From Octopus bimaculoides (taxonomy: Eukaryota), in the NCBI RefSeq assembly GCF_001194135.2, contig NC_068982.1, positions 165,880,921 through 165,935,191 on the forward strand: a stretch of DNA of 54,271 bases, in the 5' to 3' direction. Each line of letters opens with the position of its first letter. Positions within the stretch are counted from its first letter, which is position 1. Positions 11,916 through 24,919 of the stretch are shown piece after piece. The position numbers were made by a program, and so were the translations under genes. A model generated the notes under the pieces. That model had not been told where the DNA came from. It saw nothing but the letters and a program-made list of their open reading frames with translations, and did no database searches.

Positions 11916-12079
11916 ATTATTTACATTATTTACAATTGACGGATATTTGTCCTCATCTTGTTTGTTGTTAACACAACGTTTCGGCTGATATACCCTCCAG
12001 GCTTCATCAGGAAGATGAGGACAAATATCCGTCAATTGTAAATAATGTACATAATTCCTCATCTCTTAAATATAGAACT
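11915..12079 (-). mobile_element. 5'-truncated copy of the HHR-bearing SINE-like element with an inverted tail
   Basis: Perfect 38-bp inverted repeat (11922-11959 / 12012-12049) flanks the HHR core. Both the core and the tail are homologous to 38769-39027. Confidence 0.8.
11971..12010 (-). ncRNA. Minimal hammerhead ribozyme (canonical core, 5' arm of stem I lost)
   Basis: CTGATGA-A-GCCTG(GAGGGTATAT)CAGCC-GAAAC-GTT-GTGT; stem II has one mismatch. Confidence 0.7.
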
Positions 12080-12944
12080 TATTAGGATCTATTTTAAAAC
12101 GGGGGGCCACATTTTTCATTAATGTTTTACGTAGTGTTTTTGGTACCGAAAGACTTTCAAACTTCGTATACTTATCTATTTTGTGTTATAGAACAGAAAA
12201 ATATTTTTGTATTCGAATTTATTTCACGTAAAAAATTGTCTTATTTCGATAATTTCAACCAATCACTGACAAGTATTNNNNNNNNNNNNNNNNNNNNNNN
12301 NNNNNNNNNNNNNNNNNNNNNNNNNNNNNNNNNNNNNNNNNNNNNNNNNNNNNNNNNNNNNNNNNNNNNNNNNNNNNNNNNNNNNNNNNNNNNNNNNNNN
12401 NNNNNNNNNNNNNNNNNNNNNNNNNNNNNNNNNNNNNNNNNNNNNNNNNNNNNNNNNNNNNNNNNNNNNNNNNNNNNNNNNNNNNNNNNNNNNNNNNNNN
12501 NNNNNNNNNNNNNNNNNNNNNNNNNNNNNNNNNNNNNNNNNNNNNNNNNNNNNNNNNNNNNNNNNNNNNNNNNNNNNNNNNNNNNNNNNNNNNNNNNNNN
12601 NNNNNNNNNNNNNNNNNNNNNNNNNNNNNNNNNNNNNNNNNNNNNNNNNNNNNNNNNNNNNNNNNNNNNNNNNNNNNNNNNNNNNNNNNNNNNNNNNNNN
12701 NNNNNNNNNNNNNNNNNNNNNNNNNNNNNNNNNNNNNNNNNNNNNNNNNNNNNNNNNNNNNNNNNNNNNNNNNNNNNNNNNNNNNNNNNNNNNNNNNNNN
12801 NNNNNNNNNNNNNNNNNNNNNNNNNNNNNNNNNNNNNNNNNNNNNNNNNNNNNNNNNNNNNNNNNNNNNNNNNNNNNNNNNNNNNNNNNNNNNNNNNNNN
12901 NNNNNNNNATATATATATATATATATATATAATATATATATATC

Positions 12945-13098
12945 TACGACGGGTTTCTTTCAGTTTCCGTCTGCCAAATCCACTCACATGGCTGTGGTCG
13001 GCCCGAGGCTATAGTAGAAGAGATTTGCCCAAGGTGCCACGGAGTGGGACTGAACCCGGGACCACGTGATTTGTAAGCAAGCTACTTACCACACAGCC
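12945..13098 (-). mobile_element. SINE family B 5' half (tRNA head plus core)
   Basis: Matches 47410-47560; abuts (TA)n and a gap. Confidence 0.88.
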
Positions 13099-13628
13099 TT
13101 AAATATTTTTTTGGCACATCTAAATATTGTTTACTCATTAGTACCATAACTGCAAGCTACACATCTTTAACCATCCCTTTAAATCAGCCTCCCTGCTGTC
13201 ATTCATTTTATTTCTCGTGCCATTTTTTATAGTTTTATTAATTCATTATTATCTCTACCCACAAATGTCACTGGTTCCAAAGTTCATTCATATACTCATC
13301 TGCTATATTTTTATTGAATTGTTCAACTACATTCTTTGACTCTTCGAATGATCACCCACCGTATTTTATTCTCTCCCATGAATATATTCCTTTCATGTCC
13401 TCCTCTTTGATTGTGTGCTGTGTGTTCTTTTCTCCTCCTTTCTTTTCATATGTTCCCTTTTCTTTAATTTTCTCTTCTTTGTTTCTTTTTTCCCTTTACT
13501 ATATTTTTCTCCACCGCCCCACCCTCTGACAAGAAACATAGATGATATGCAAACCCGATCATTTTTCAGTCTTAACTTGCCTACACTCAGCCAAACTAAA
13601 ATATTACTCTCTTCTATCCCTTATGATT

Positions 13629-13706
13629 GACTTCGCCTTTCATCCTTTCGAAGTCGATAAAATAAGTATCATTTAAGAAATCGGATTGATGTAATCGACT
13701 AGCTCC
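13629..13706 (+). mobile_element. SINE family A core fragment
   Basis: gcctttcatcctttcgaagtcgataaaataagta...gatgtaatcgact. Confidence 0.75.
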
Positions 13707-15820
13707 TTTTATTGTAAAAAGAATTAATGTTTACTACGTTATTGAGTACGCTTTTTCCCGATAATAAACAATAAACAGATACATTCATGGACACATGTAC
13801 AAGCATTATGACACAGAAAATATACACAATTGCACACATCAATATTCAGTGAAATATACCACCTCACGCTCCATTAGTGGTTTTTGTGACACTTACACAA
13901 ACCCTTATATGTACACATGCACACTCACATACTTGCATGCATTGTGATTATAGCTCTTAAATAGTAAATTGTTAACCATACTATGATCTTAGCTAAAACG
14001 CTGAGAAGCGGCATTTTGACAGACATGAAATTGAAGATTTTAAATTGTTTTTGTACGAGCAAAATTACAGACCGTATTCCGAAATAGTCGATTACACTTT
14101 AGCTCAAAATACCATAGCCTCAGGATGACTGCATATGCACTTTTGCGTTTGTGTGTGTGTGTGTGTGTAAGGGTGTGCGTGCGTGTATGTATATGTGTGT
14201 GCATACATATGTTATATACATGTAGACATTATGTATATATATATATATTTGCTTACATGCACATGTATGTATATATATAATTGCTTACATATATGTATAT
14301 ATATTTGCTTACATGCACATGTACACTCGCTTATGTATGTATGTATGTACGTACGTACGTTAAATGTGTACGTACTTTCATACAGACACACACTCAAAAC
14401 ATTCACTCAAAAATATATTTGTGTTTTCACCCTCTTTTCTGGAGACATAAAAATGTTAATAGCTTTGAACATCAATAGTTAATTACAATTCATGAATTAT
14501 ATATCACACTTTCCACATATTCCGGAGGCGAAACTTCGCACCTAAATATATTCGTTGTGGGAATCTTAGCAATTAAAATTTCTCTTCTGCTCAATTCAGT
14601 ACCCAGCAAATGAGGACACATGATAGTACTTTGATTATGTTCTTTCTTATACTCTTTGCAGTCATTATATTTTTGTTTTGCTTTACTTCTTACGTTTTGT
14701 TTAGAATAATTCTAATAAATTTTATAGATTGCTATCATTTTGAGTTTAATTAATATTCACTAATGAAGTATTAATTGGTTATTTAAAAATCATAGTTTGA
14801 ATTTAAAACAAAAATTAGATTGATTTTCTTTGATAAATTTATTGCTTTGTTTCAGCTCTTTCTAATGGCAATATCAAAGCAAATTGTTACGGTTTCACCT
14901 TGAGGAAGATGAGAGCTTTATTTTAACTTCCATGGTTTTCCGTCACATAATTCGTTTATTGTTCCTAGAAGTTAAATACAAAACAAATTATATTTGAAAT
15001 TAGCAAACCATTTAAACTAACAATTGCACTGCTAAAAGAAACTTAATCGTTTGTGATAAAATTATTTTAGCCTTGATCTTCTGTCATAACTCCATTCTCT
15101 TCTAAGATGTTTTAGAGCAATAGTAAAACGATACAACTATTTTACTAATACTTTATTTTATCGCTTCAATCCACGCGAAGGATGGAAAGTATGCAGAACA
15201 TGAATTCAAAAGACAAAGGTTCGTAAGAAAATACATCAAGAATTTTAGTGTTTCATTGTTTCGTTTTAATGTCAAAGAGTACCGTCTTATTGTATCACAT
15301 AGATGTGCTTTCATACAGTCATTCTTATTTTCATAACTCTCATAATTTATTTTCATAACTCTCATTTTTATTGCTAGTCAACTAACATTATTTTAGATTA
15401 GAAGCACAGGATACGTTGAAAAATGCAGACCCTGATAAACGAAAGACAAAATGGTAAAGGCTGAACTTCGAATTATTATATACCTGCTCGAACTCGGTTG
15501 GCCAAGGGTTAAAAATGAACCAGTATTATAAGATTCGAATGAATATGGGAGTATCTACGAGGTCGTTCTGCTTGATTTTTTATTCATTACATGTTCTGTC
15601 TTAAAGAAATGCCACCATGGAAAATGTAGCCCTAGGTATACAAAAAGATCAAATGGTTAGAAACCGAATATATTTCATCACATGTCTAGTGAATCAGTGT
15701 TGATCTAGGGCTAAACAACAATAGTGTACTATTCGTTGACAACGAAAAGCAAAGGCAATCGAGTCGCCATTCACTATACACAAACTATGACCAATATTAA
15801 TCTATTTTTGTAAAGCTCTA

Positions 15821-15990
15821 AGCTAACGGAATCGTTACCGCGACGGACAAAATGTTAAGTTGCATCTCTTCCGGCTCTTTATGTTCCGAATTCAAATTTT
15901 GCTGAGGTCAACTTTACCTTTCATACTTTGGGGTCGATAAAATAAAGTACCGCCTCGGTTCAAAATTGCTGTCTTTTTGCCAAAATTAGT
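15821..15990 (+). mobile_element. SINE family A, degenerate
   Basis: gaatcgtta..ttcaaatt..gaggtcaactttacctttcat..ggggtcgataaaataaagtacc. Confidence 0.72.
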
Positions 15991-16332
15991 AAGAAAAATA
16001 TATTCTTCAAAAGAGGAATTTGTCCTGGTCATTCACAGAAACTTCAGCATTGTTTCTGAGATTTAACTATGCTATCTTGAGCTGTTTTCATGAACCAACG
16101 ACCGTTCATCCCACAAGAAACATCAACCAATCTCTATCAACTTAAAAAAGTTAGCTCCTTAAATAAGGAAAGGATAAATTTGATAATGTAGACTGACATA
16201 TTCCGAAGTGACAAAATAGTCACAGATGGAATGCCTTTGAATACATTCAGAGTTGATCTGTGGCTAAACAAGCTGTTTAACTTAATGTCGTTAGAGGCAG
16301 CGTGCATGTTAGTTCAGGTTCACATAATCAGG

Positions 16333-16711
16333 TTGTTGTTGGCACTCCGTCGTTTACGACGTCGAGAGTTCCAGTTGATCCGATCAATAGAACAGCCTGC
16401 TCATGAAATTAACGTGCAAGTGGCTGAGCACTCCACAGACCTTAACGTAGTTCTCGGGGATATTCAGCGTGATACAGAGTGTGACAAGGCTGACCCTTTG
16501 AATTACAGGCACAACAGAAACAGGAAGTAAGAGTGAGAGAAAATTGTGATGAAAGAGTAAAGCAGGGTTCGCCACCATCCCCTGCCAGAGCCTCGTGGAG
16601 CTTTAGGTATTTTCGCTCAATAAACACTCACAACGCCCGGTCTGGGAATCGAAACCGCGATCCTATGACCACGAGTCCGCTGCCCTAACCACTGGGTCAT
16701 TGCGCCTCCAC
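16333..16711 (-). mobile_element. Full-length tRNA-derived SINE (family C) with target-site duplication
   Basis: Minus head gtggaggcgcaatgacccagtggttagggcagc...ggtttcgattccc (A and B boxes), short (AAC)n tail, and CACATAATCAGG at both 16321-16332 and 16709-16720. Confidence 0.9.
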
Positions 16712-17149
16712 ATAATCAGGATCATATAGATATTAATACAGTTTTATATTATGAAGATATGCATGAATACTAATGGTCATTAACTTATTTTCTCCTACAA
16801 AACCACGTTACTATAGTATATCTTGCATTATTATTGTAATATTGACAAAAGATTCTATTTAGTATCACAAATCATAATAGCAGTTATATTAGTGTTTCTA
16901 CGCATTCATTTGCAACGCTCATAAATGGTGCGACTAGTTTTAAAACCGTGACCATTCCGCCTTATTCTTTCGAATTTTATAGTCAGGACTTCATTGTATA
17001 TTATATTTATCTAATTTTGAAATAGAGAATGCTATTTAAAGACGGTTTACCTTCTAGCTAGCTATATAGCAAACACTGTTGTTTAAAAACCTTGCAAATT
17101 CATCAAGAATCCATTTTTGTCATTCATGCTTTTAAACTGGGGTACCTTT

Positions 17150-18130
17150 CTTGCTACAGTTAGGGTATCATACATCTATAACAGAGAAATATGAAAACTT
17201 CCAGAGTTTGAAGCGCACTGAAAGTATGGTGTAGTTGGGAGCAGTTGCGAGTCTCCTGTCTTGTACATGGGTGAGTCCCATGCTGATGTGCTGAATATTG
17301 CACATTCGGCACAATGATTAGTTTGATTCCTACTTGGAATACATCGGCTCTGAGCATGTTCGTTCTCTTTCTGAGTGCAAAATTTAGAGCCATATGCAAT
17401 TCCTCATTTTGTCATACTCCAACTGATATTTTTGAAGAATTGTCATACTCCAACTGATATTTTTGAAGAATTGTCATACTCCAACTGATATGTCTGAAGA
17501 ATTGTCCATATCAAATATTATTATCTTTTCATCTGAACTATATTTATTTCTGTATCAGTTTTGCATCAATTTTTGCTTAATTATGCTTAATGTTAGTATT
17601 TCTGGTATGCAAAATTATGAACTGCCTTTGTATGCAGTATAATTGGTTTTGCGTTTCGTCTTTGTTATTTTGTATGGTTTTATATCTGTTTCAATGTAGC
17701 TAAAGATAATTGTTGAAATTGTGATAGGCCTCCTCATTTTTTATAAATATATGTATGTATTTATGTATGTATTATGTGCACCGAGGTTTTTGTGATGTAA
17801 TCTAAACTTCGTTACAATCTTGGTTGTATATTTGCATTTGGAATCACGAGTAGTTTCTAATTACAACCTTAGGTTACTTCTGAGATTGTCAGTGTGATGA
17901 TTGCCCTTTAATGTTATATTGCAATTCCTTAAATAATTTCTGTCCGATAATCTGTTTCGTTTTTGGCATCTCGTACAATATCTCTTTCAAATATACATAA
18001 GTACTTATATGCATCATTTATGCTTAGTTTCTTTATTTTCAGATTGATTTTCTTTACAAATATATACTTATTTGATTAGCCTTCCTGGGTGAAAAGTGGT
18101 TTTCTCGTGCTTGTTTTGGTTTTATGTTTT
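17150..18130 (-). mobile_element. Decayed R4/Dong-like non-LTR retrotransposon, C-terminal region
   Basis: Minus-strand remnants IKKLSINDAYKYLCIFE (cf. YKYLG), LHHK..GGL and CRMC..IQHI (CCHC-like); many stops. Confidence 0.5.
17409..17506. repeat. 31-bp tandem repeat, about 3.2 copies
   Basis: TTGTCATACTCCAACTGATATTTTTGAAGAA twice perfectly; the third copy has 2 substitutions. Confidence 0.97.
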
Positions 18131-19385
18131 AGAGCGAAAGGGAAAAACAGGATATTGTGATGCTTGTGCTCCTCACAAGGTTAAATGAGGCGTGAGGGGC
18201 AAGTGAAGTCAAGCGAGAATCGAATCGACTTCCCATAATATAACATTTATCTCAAGGTGCTCGTCACGTTGGTTTGCATATCTGAATTTTTTGGACGGTA
18301 AAAGCTAATAAGCAATTAATAGCTAAAAGCAAAATTCCAGAATTGTTCTTATAGTAAACGTAACATCATTTCTGATATACTATATTTCTTCCAAGAAAAA
18401 GACAAATGACGTATTGAAAGGAAATAATTGTGCAACATGATCACTATATTAAACTAAACGAAATGGCAATTTGAAACTCTATCCATATGTCAAGAGAGAT
18501 TGAATTGCTCTTTCGTTAAGTAAGAAATACAATACACTGACAAATTTTCAATCTGCAAATACGCAGTTATTTGATTATTTAGTGAATAATTATCGAGGAC
18601 GTATACTTCATTCAAACTTTAATATGAAATATTTGAGAAACAAAGCCGAAATAAATATGGTGAGGATTATATTTTCAACTTTAAATAAATCATGATATCA
18701 ATAAGAGAGAAATTATTTAACCTTATGTTAAGTATAGAATATGTTTACAGTTAGTCGATCTAACACATACACATACACACATAAACACACACATGGTAAA
18801 AATGTGCTTCCTTATACATGATTATGGGTTCAGTGGCACCTTGTTGTATTGTAGCCTCGAGTCTACCGAAACCTTGTGCATGGAATTAGTAGACTACCAA
18901 ACCAACATATATATTTTATGACTTTATCCTCACTCAAAGTGTGATATGCAAGACGTCTTTATATGTCTTCTATAGCAGACACTTTGACCGTGACTATGAA
19001 CTAGTATTGTGTAAGTTCAAATTTCGGACTCGTAATAAAATAGTGCAGAACCACCAAAGCATACTGTTACTGATAATTTAGATCAATCAGATATATTAGA
19101 ACATGTACAAAACTAGTTCAATGTTATCAGTTTTCATTGAACTTGTAGGAATCTCAAGAAACACGTATGATTTAGGTGCCATCATCATCTCGAGATTCGA
19201 AGGAAAGACATAGAGACTGGTTTGATAGCAATAACAATAAAATACACCAGTTGATGGAGTCAAAGCAATCAATTTACAGGGCTTTTTTGGATCCCAATAC
19301 AAAGAATAATATTTCTTTAGAGCGCTCCTACAACTCGTAGAAAGGAACATGGCCATAAATTTCATCGGATATCTTGACAGAAAGT

Positions 19386-19505
19386 TTCCCAAGGAGGCGG
19401 CCGTTTACGAATCGTTCGGAATTTATTTTGCGCGATTCTTGCGACGAATGCACGGTGCCAAGTGGGCCACTTTTGGTAAGCAGAACTGGTGATGTGGGAT
19501 GAACC
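19386..19505 (+). pseudogene. 28S (LSU) rRNA fragment
   Basis: 19446-19505 GAATGC..GTGCCAAGTGGGCCACTTTTGGTAAGCAGAACTGGTGATGTGGGATGAACC matches the conserved eukaryotic LSU core as I recall it. The upstream GC-rich part has a GAATCG/CGATTC stem, consistent with an expansion segment; the left boundary is approximate. Confidence 0.85.
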
Positions 19506-19531
19506 CTAACCCTAACCCTAACCCTAACCCT
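19502..19531 (-). repeat. Interstitial telomeric repeat (TTAGGG)5
   Basis: Five perfect AACCCT units on the + strand. Confidence 0.95.
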
Positions 19532-22500
19532 TAGAAAAATATTTGCAATTAAAAGATGTAGAAACAGTCTTAAAAGACCCAGCTGATTCATCACAATGTA
19601 AAGAACACTTTTTGTACTTTTTAATAATTCTGAGTTAATATGGAAATAATTAATGAATTTCCAAAAACAAACATGTGGACACGCATGAACGACATACCCG
19701 AGTATGTGAAGTTATTTTAGGCCTTGATGGAATACCCAGAGAATCCTTGAAGGCAGAGGACAACACTGTAACATCTACAGAACATTAGATGATAGTTGCT
19801 TACTGGGAAGGAACTCCAATTTCATAGGATTGTATTAATGATGTACACGTGTTCATACATAAAACTAACATGATTTTCTCATCTTCGTGACTTCAGTAGA
19901 AGTGTGATGAACACCAGATACGACTCTGTCAAATATTTGTTGACCTCACTAAAGCCTTTGATATGATCATCAAAGAATCTTTATGGAGAGTCCTTCACAA
20001 ACTTGGCTGTCTATCAAAATTTGTACGCATGTTTAAAGAACTGAACCGCAATTTGAAAGCAAGGATTGCATTTAATAGAGAGATTTCAGATGAAATTGTC
20101 ATAGGCAATGGAATAAAACAAGGTGACATTCCAGTACCTCATTGTTTTCAATATATTTCCCTACACTGATATCTTATGTCTCGCAAAACTCAGAAGTACT
20201 AAAATAGGATTCTGTACTTCGGATAGACTTTCAATTTACGTTAAAGATTTTTATGGTTCTCATTAGAGAGTTATGGTATACAGATGATGTTGGCTATGTA
20301 GAACATGCACAAGAAGAGATACAGATCATAACGGACAGATTTTTCTGTTGCATGTGATGTCTTTTGTCTAACTCTAAGTTTAAAATTACCTCGCCGGCAC
20401 CTAGTGAACATTATGTGGAGCCTACTATCTATGTGGAAACATATTAAGAGTGGTAGATATATTTCCATATTTTGAAATTCTAGTATACTGAGAATCGAAA
20501 AGGCAAGTATGGTTTTTGGTAAACATGAGAAAAGTCTGTGGTCAGAGGCATTACAGCTCGCATTAAAATCAATATTTACAAGAAATGCATACTGACAGCA
20601 TTCTTGCATGCTTCTGAGACATGGAATCCTCATAGTAGGCATGTAAAAATGAGAGATTCCACAGAAAATGCACCAAAAAAATATTAAAGGTAAAATGGGA
20701 GGATTTGCTGTTAGATACGGAAATACTAGATGGCTGGTTGTGTATCCATTTAGTCATATTTGTACAGAATCAAATGTGATTGAGAGGGTATCGTGTCGGT
20801 ACATCAGATGGAAACTGTCCAAGCAGTTATTTTATGGGGAGTTTCAATCTCGAAAACGACCACAACATAAGGCAAAGCAACTGTACAATAAATGCCTTTG
20901 TGACGACTGAGCTAAGAAATATTTGAATAAGGAGTGATAGAATTTTGGTGATGTAGGACTGTAAAAGAATATATATTTGACTGTAAAAGAAATATATTTG
21001 ACTGTGTTTCAGTTTGCGGAAAATCGTGGAAAAAAAGGAAGTTAAATATTACAGTATCAGAAAAAAATGAGATATACACATGTTGAAAATTTACGAAGTG
21101 CAAAACATCATATAATGATTAAAATGAATTTTAAAACTGTAAATATGTTATAACTATAGCTAAAATATTTTCTATATTGAAAAGCAAGAAAAATATAAAA
21201 TAAAATTTGCATATCACAAGAAATTTTCAACCTGCATTAATTCGAGTTATAACATTTTTTATAACAAAATAATAATATGAAGCGAAATATCTCGCACTTT
21301 AAAATATAAATACNNNNNNNNNNNNNNNNNNNNNNNNNNNNNNNNNNNNNNNNNNNNNNNNNNNNNNNNNNNNNNNNNNNNNNNNNNNNNNNNNNNNNNN
21401 NNNNNNNNNNNNNNNNNNNNNNNNNNNNNNNNNNNNNNNNNNNNNNNNNNNNNNNNNNNNNNNNNNNNNNNNNNNNNNNNNNNNNNNNNNNNNNNNNNNN
21501 NNNNNNNNNNNNNNNNNNNNNNNNNNNNNNNNNNNNNNNNNNNNNNNNNNNNNNNNNNNNNNNNNNNNNNNNNNNNNNNNNNNNNNNNNNNNNNNNNNNN
21601 NNNNNNNNNNNNNNNNNNNNNNNNNNNNNNNNNNNNNNNNNNNNNNNNNNNNNNNNNNNNNNNNNNNNNNNNNNNNNNNNNNNNNNNNNNNNNNNNNNNN
21701 NNNNNNNNNNNNNNNNNNNNNNNNNNNNNNNNNNNNNNNNNNNNNNNNNNNNNNNNNNNNNNNNNNNNNNNNNNNNNNNNNNNNNNNNNNNNNNNNATAT
21801 ATATATATATATATATATATAATGTTTGTATGTATATAATGTTTGTATGTATATGTATGTATGACTTTAAATGTAGAATATAATTTTTACATGTATATGC
21901 ACAATTAAACACACACACACATCTATACACGAGTTTATATAAATTAGCTATGTATTTATGTGTGTATGTATGCAAGTTATCAGAGGTACTCGGCGTGCCC
22001 AGATGTCGAGTGTGTAGAAATATTAATTCTTAAACTTAAATGACTTATAGCAAATTCTTATGCAATGCTTTTAGTATGTAATTATATTTACATATTTTTT
22101 ATCGTAATGCAGATACACGCTTAAGTTGAATTTTCCCAGGTTTCTATGGTGTTTGAAACTGTTTGAGAATGTATTTATTCATAGCTTAATGTTATGATAT
22201 AAGAAATTTCGAAATTTATATTTTACTTTATACCTATTCTTGTAATTCTAAATTGATAGGAAACGCATATTTTTGCAATTTTAACAGAAATGTATCCTAG
22301 AGTTCTGGAGTGAACAATATTTATTTTTATCTGCGACCAAAGACAAGTCGGTTTAGGGGGCATACAATTCTAGATGTTAACTGTTACTATTATTTGCCTA
22401 ATGAATTTCTCCACTGAGAGTTACATCTGCAATTCCTACCGAAGCTATACGAAATGTTCATCATCTTTATCAACCGTGGAGAGAACATTATTTTCAATGG

Positions 22501-23051
22501 TAATAAGTGAATACAAGTGACCTAAATAATGCTCCTCCGAAAGATGTCCGGAGTAACGTTACTCAAGAGGATGCGATGCTCATAGACCAGGAAGTCTTCC
22601 CTGGTGGGGTCGCTACTTCTCCGCATTGAGAGGTCACAACTCTGATACTACGGATATGTAATTATAAGGTGGCACATCGATATATACTAATAAAAGATGG
22701 AGGTGGAAATAGCACAGAAGTAAGTCTAAGACATTTCAATTGAAGAGGGAATTTAATAAAAGATTATATAAATAAAAATGTTACCGGTTTCAATGTATTT
22801 CATCTTATCAAATATCAGTACAAATTTATAAAGATTTGACAAATTTGAAGTAAAAATAGTTTATTTTTTGTCTGGTGGTCAAGAATATGTCTTGAGTTTT
22901 TTCGTTGAAATCTTCTTTAAATATAGTTTAGTATAGAATTCAAAGTGTTAGAAAGTGAGAGAAGGGGTGTCCATTGTCTAAAAGAAATCTTTGTGCGCAT
23001 CTGCCAAGGGAGTGGCTAAAAAAATAGTTATTGAATGGGTTTTATGTCCAC

Positions 23052-23120
<69 letters not shown>

Positions 23121-23391
23121 NNNNNNNNNNNNNNNNNNNNNNNNNNNNNNNNNNNNNNNNNNNNNNNNNNNNNNNNNNNNNNNNNNNNNNNNNNNNNNNN
23201 NNNNNNNNNNNNNNNNNNNNNNNNNNNNNNNNNNNNNNNNNNNNNNNNNNNNNNNNNNNNNNNNNNNNNNNNNNNNNNNNNNNNNNNNNNNNNNNNNNNN
23301 NNNNNNNNNNNNNNNNNNNNNNNNNNNNNNNNNNNNNNNNNNNNNNNNNNNNNNNNNNNNNNNNNNNNNNNNNNNNNNNNNNNNNNNNNNN

Positions 23392-23470
<79 letters not shown>

Positions 23471-24393
23471 TGAGGTGATCATGCGGATAAACAAATTAGA
23501 CACATCAAATATATTAAATACGTCAAATACAAAAAATGTATATATGAATATACGCAAAATGAGCGAAAGCAAAACATGGAAAATTTCAGATGATGAATTT
23601 CTATGTATAATTATATAGTTATTTATAGTAATAGGTCCAACTTACACAGAGTACAAACGACAGAGAAAATATTATTCCTAAGTATATGGGCATGTATATA
23701 TGCTTGCGTAGGAGGAGGGGTATATGAAGATGTATGCATACAACCTCCGAACCTTTCCAGCTTGAACATCTACAAAGATGACTCAGATTGTTTCAAAAAT
23801 GATCTTGAAATAAAATAACCCGAAAGTCTCTCAAAGCAAGATAATATAATGGAACTTTAAGAATTTACGTCAATAATACAAGCCATATAAATAGATATTG
23901 ACCGAGAGTGAAAAGACATTGCTCTTGGAAATAATATTCCCAAAACCATACATGACCTTATGACATGAAGAAAAAAGATCTCCTATCACTCAAATATACA
24001 ACTTCATGACAGCGAGAAGAAATGTGATGATAACGCGAAACTATAGAAACACTTGAATGCAACATAAAAGTGGATTGGGTAAAATAACATTGCAGTTCAA
24101 TCCCAAACAAGTTATAGAGTGGTCCTAATTTATACAACCGACCAGTAATCATTCAATAGAAACACTCTCCGGGTTACGCTGATTATGTCATTTATTGGGG
24201 CAGAACTCCTAGTCAGGTGAGTCTAGAAAGCCATGCAGACACACAATAATTCGTATTTAATTGTATGGATACAAATATATGTTTGTGTGGATGATGTTCA
24301 CATATACGACACACATATATATATATATATATACGTATACATATGTATATAGATAAATACATTGAGTAGGTGCGGTCGATAATATACGTATGA

Positions 24394-24432
<39 letters not shown>

Positions 24433-24919
24433 NNNNNNNNNNNNNNNNNNNNNNNNNNNNNNNNNNNNNNNNNNNNNNNNNNNNNNNNNNNNNNNNNNNN
24501 NNNNNNNNNNNNNNNNNNNNNNNNNNNNNNNNNNNNNNNNNNNNNNNNNNNNNNNNNNNNNNNNNNNNNNNNNNNNNNNNNNNNNNNNNNNNNNNNNNNN
24601 NNNNNNNNNNNNNNNNNNNNNNNNNNNNNNNNNNNNNNNNNNNNNNNNNNNNNNNNNNNNNNNNNNNNNNNNNNNNNNNNNNNNNNNNNNNNNNNNNNNN
24701 NNNNNNNNNNNNNNNNNNNNNNNNNNNNNNNNNNNNNNNNNNNNNNNNNNNNNNNNNNNNNNNNNNNNNNNNNNNNNGGTAAACTTAGACAGGTGCCGTT
24801 ATTATATTTTGACAATCTTTATTTTTTGCTATAAAGCTGACACATCTATTTCTTTATTCTAACTCATTTTGCACTTTATAAAGTATTTATAAATCGTTTT
24901 TTGCTATTTTTGTTTAGAG

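Larger units (their letters stand above)
18940..21100 (+). mobile_element. Decayed RTE-clade LINE (end of APE, RT and C-terminus), interrupted at ~19386-19531
   Basis: RHRDWFDSNN, DGIP, FVDLTKAFD-like, LWRVLHKLGC..NGIKQGD, ELWYTDD and YLG-like remnants, with numerous stops and frameshifts. Confidence 0.88.

Noticed and set aside
12080-12277. Probable fragment of another interspersed repeat
   Set aside because: It looks familiar, but there is no second copy, TIR or ORF in the window to support a call.
17409-17506. CRISPR-like array
   Set aside because: The units are contiguous with no spacers, the context is eukaryotic, and there are no cas genes.
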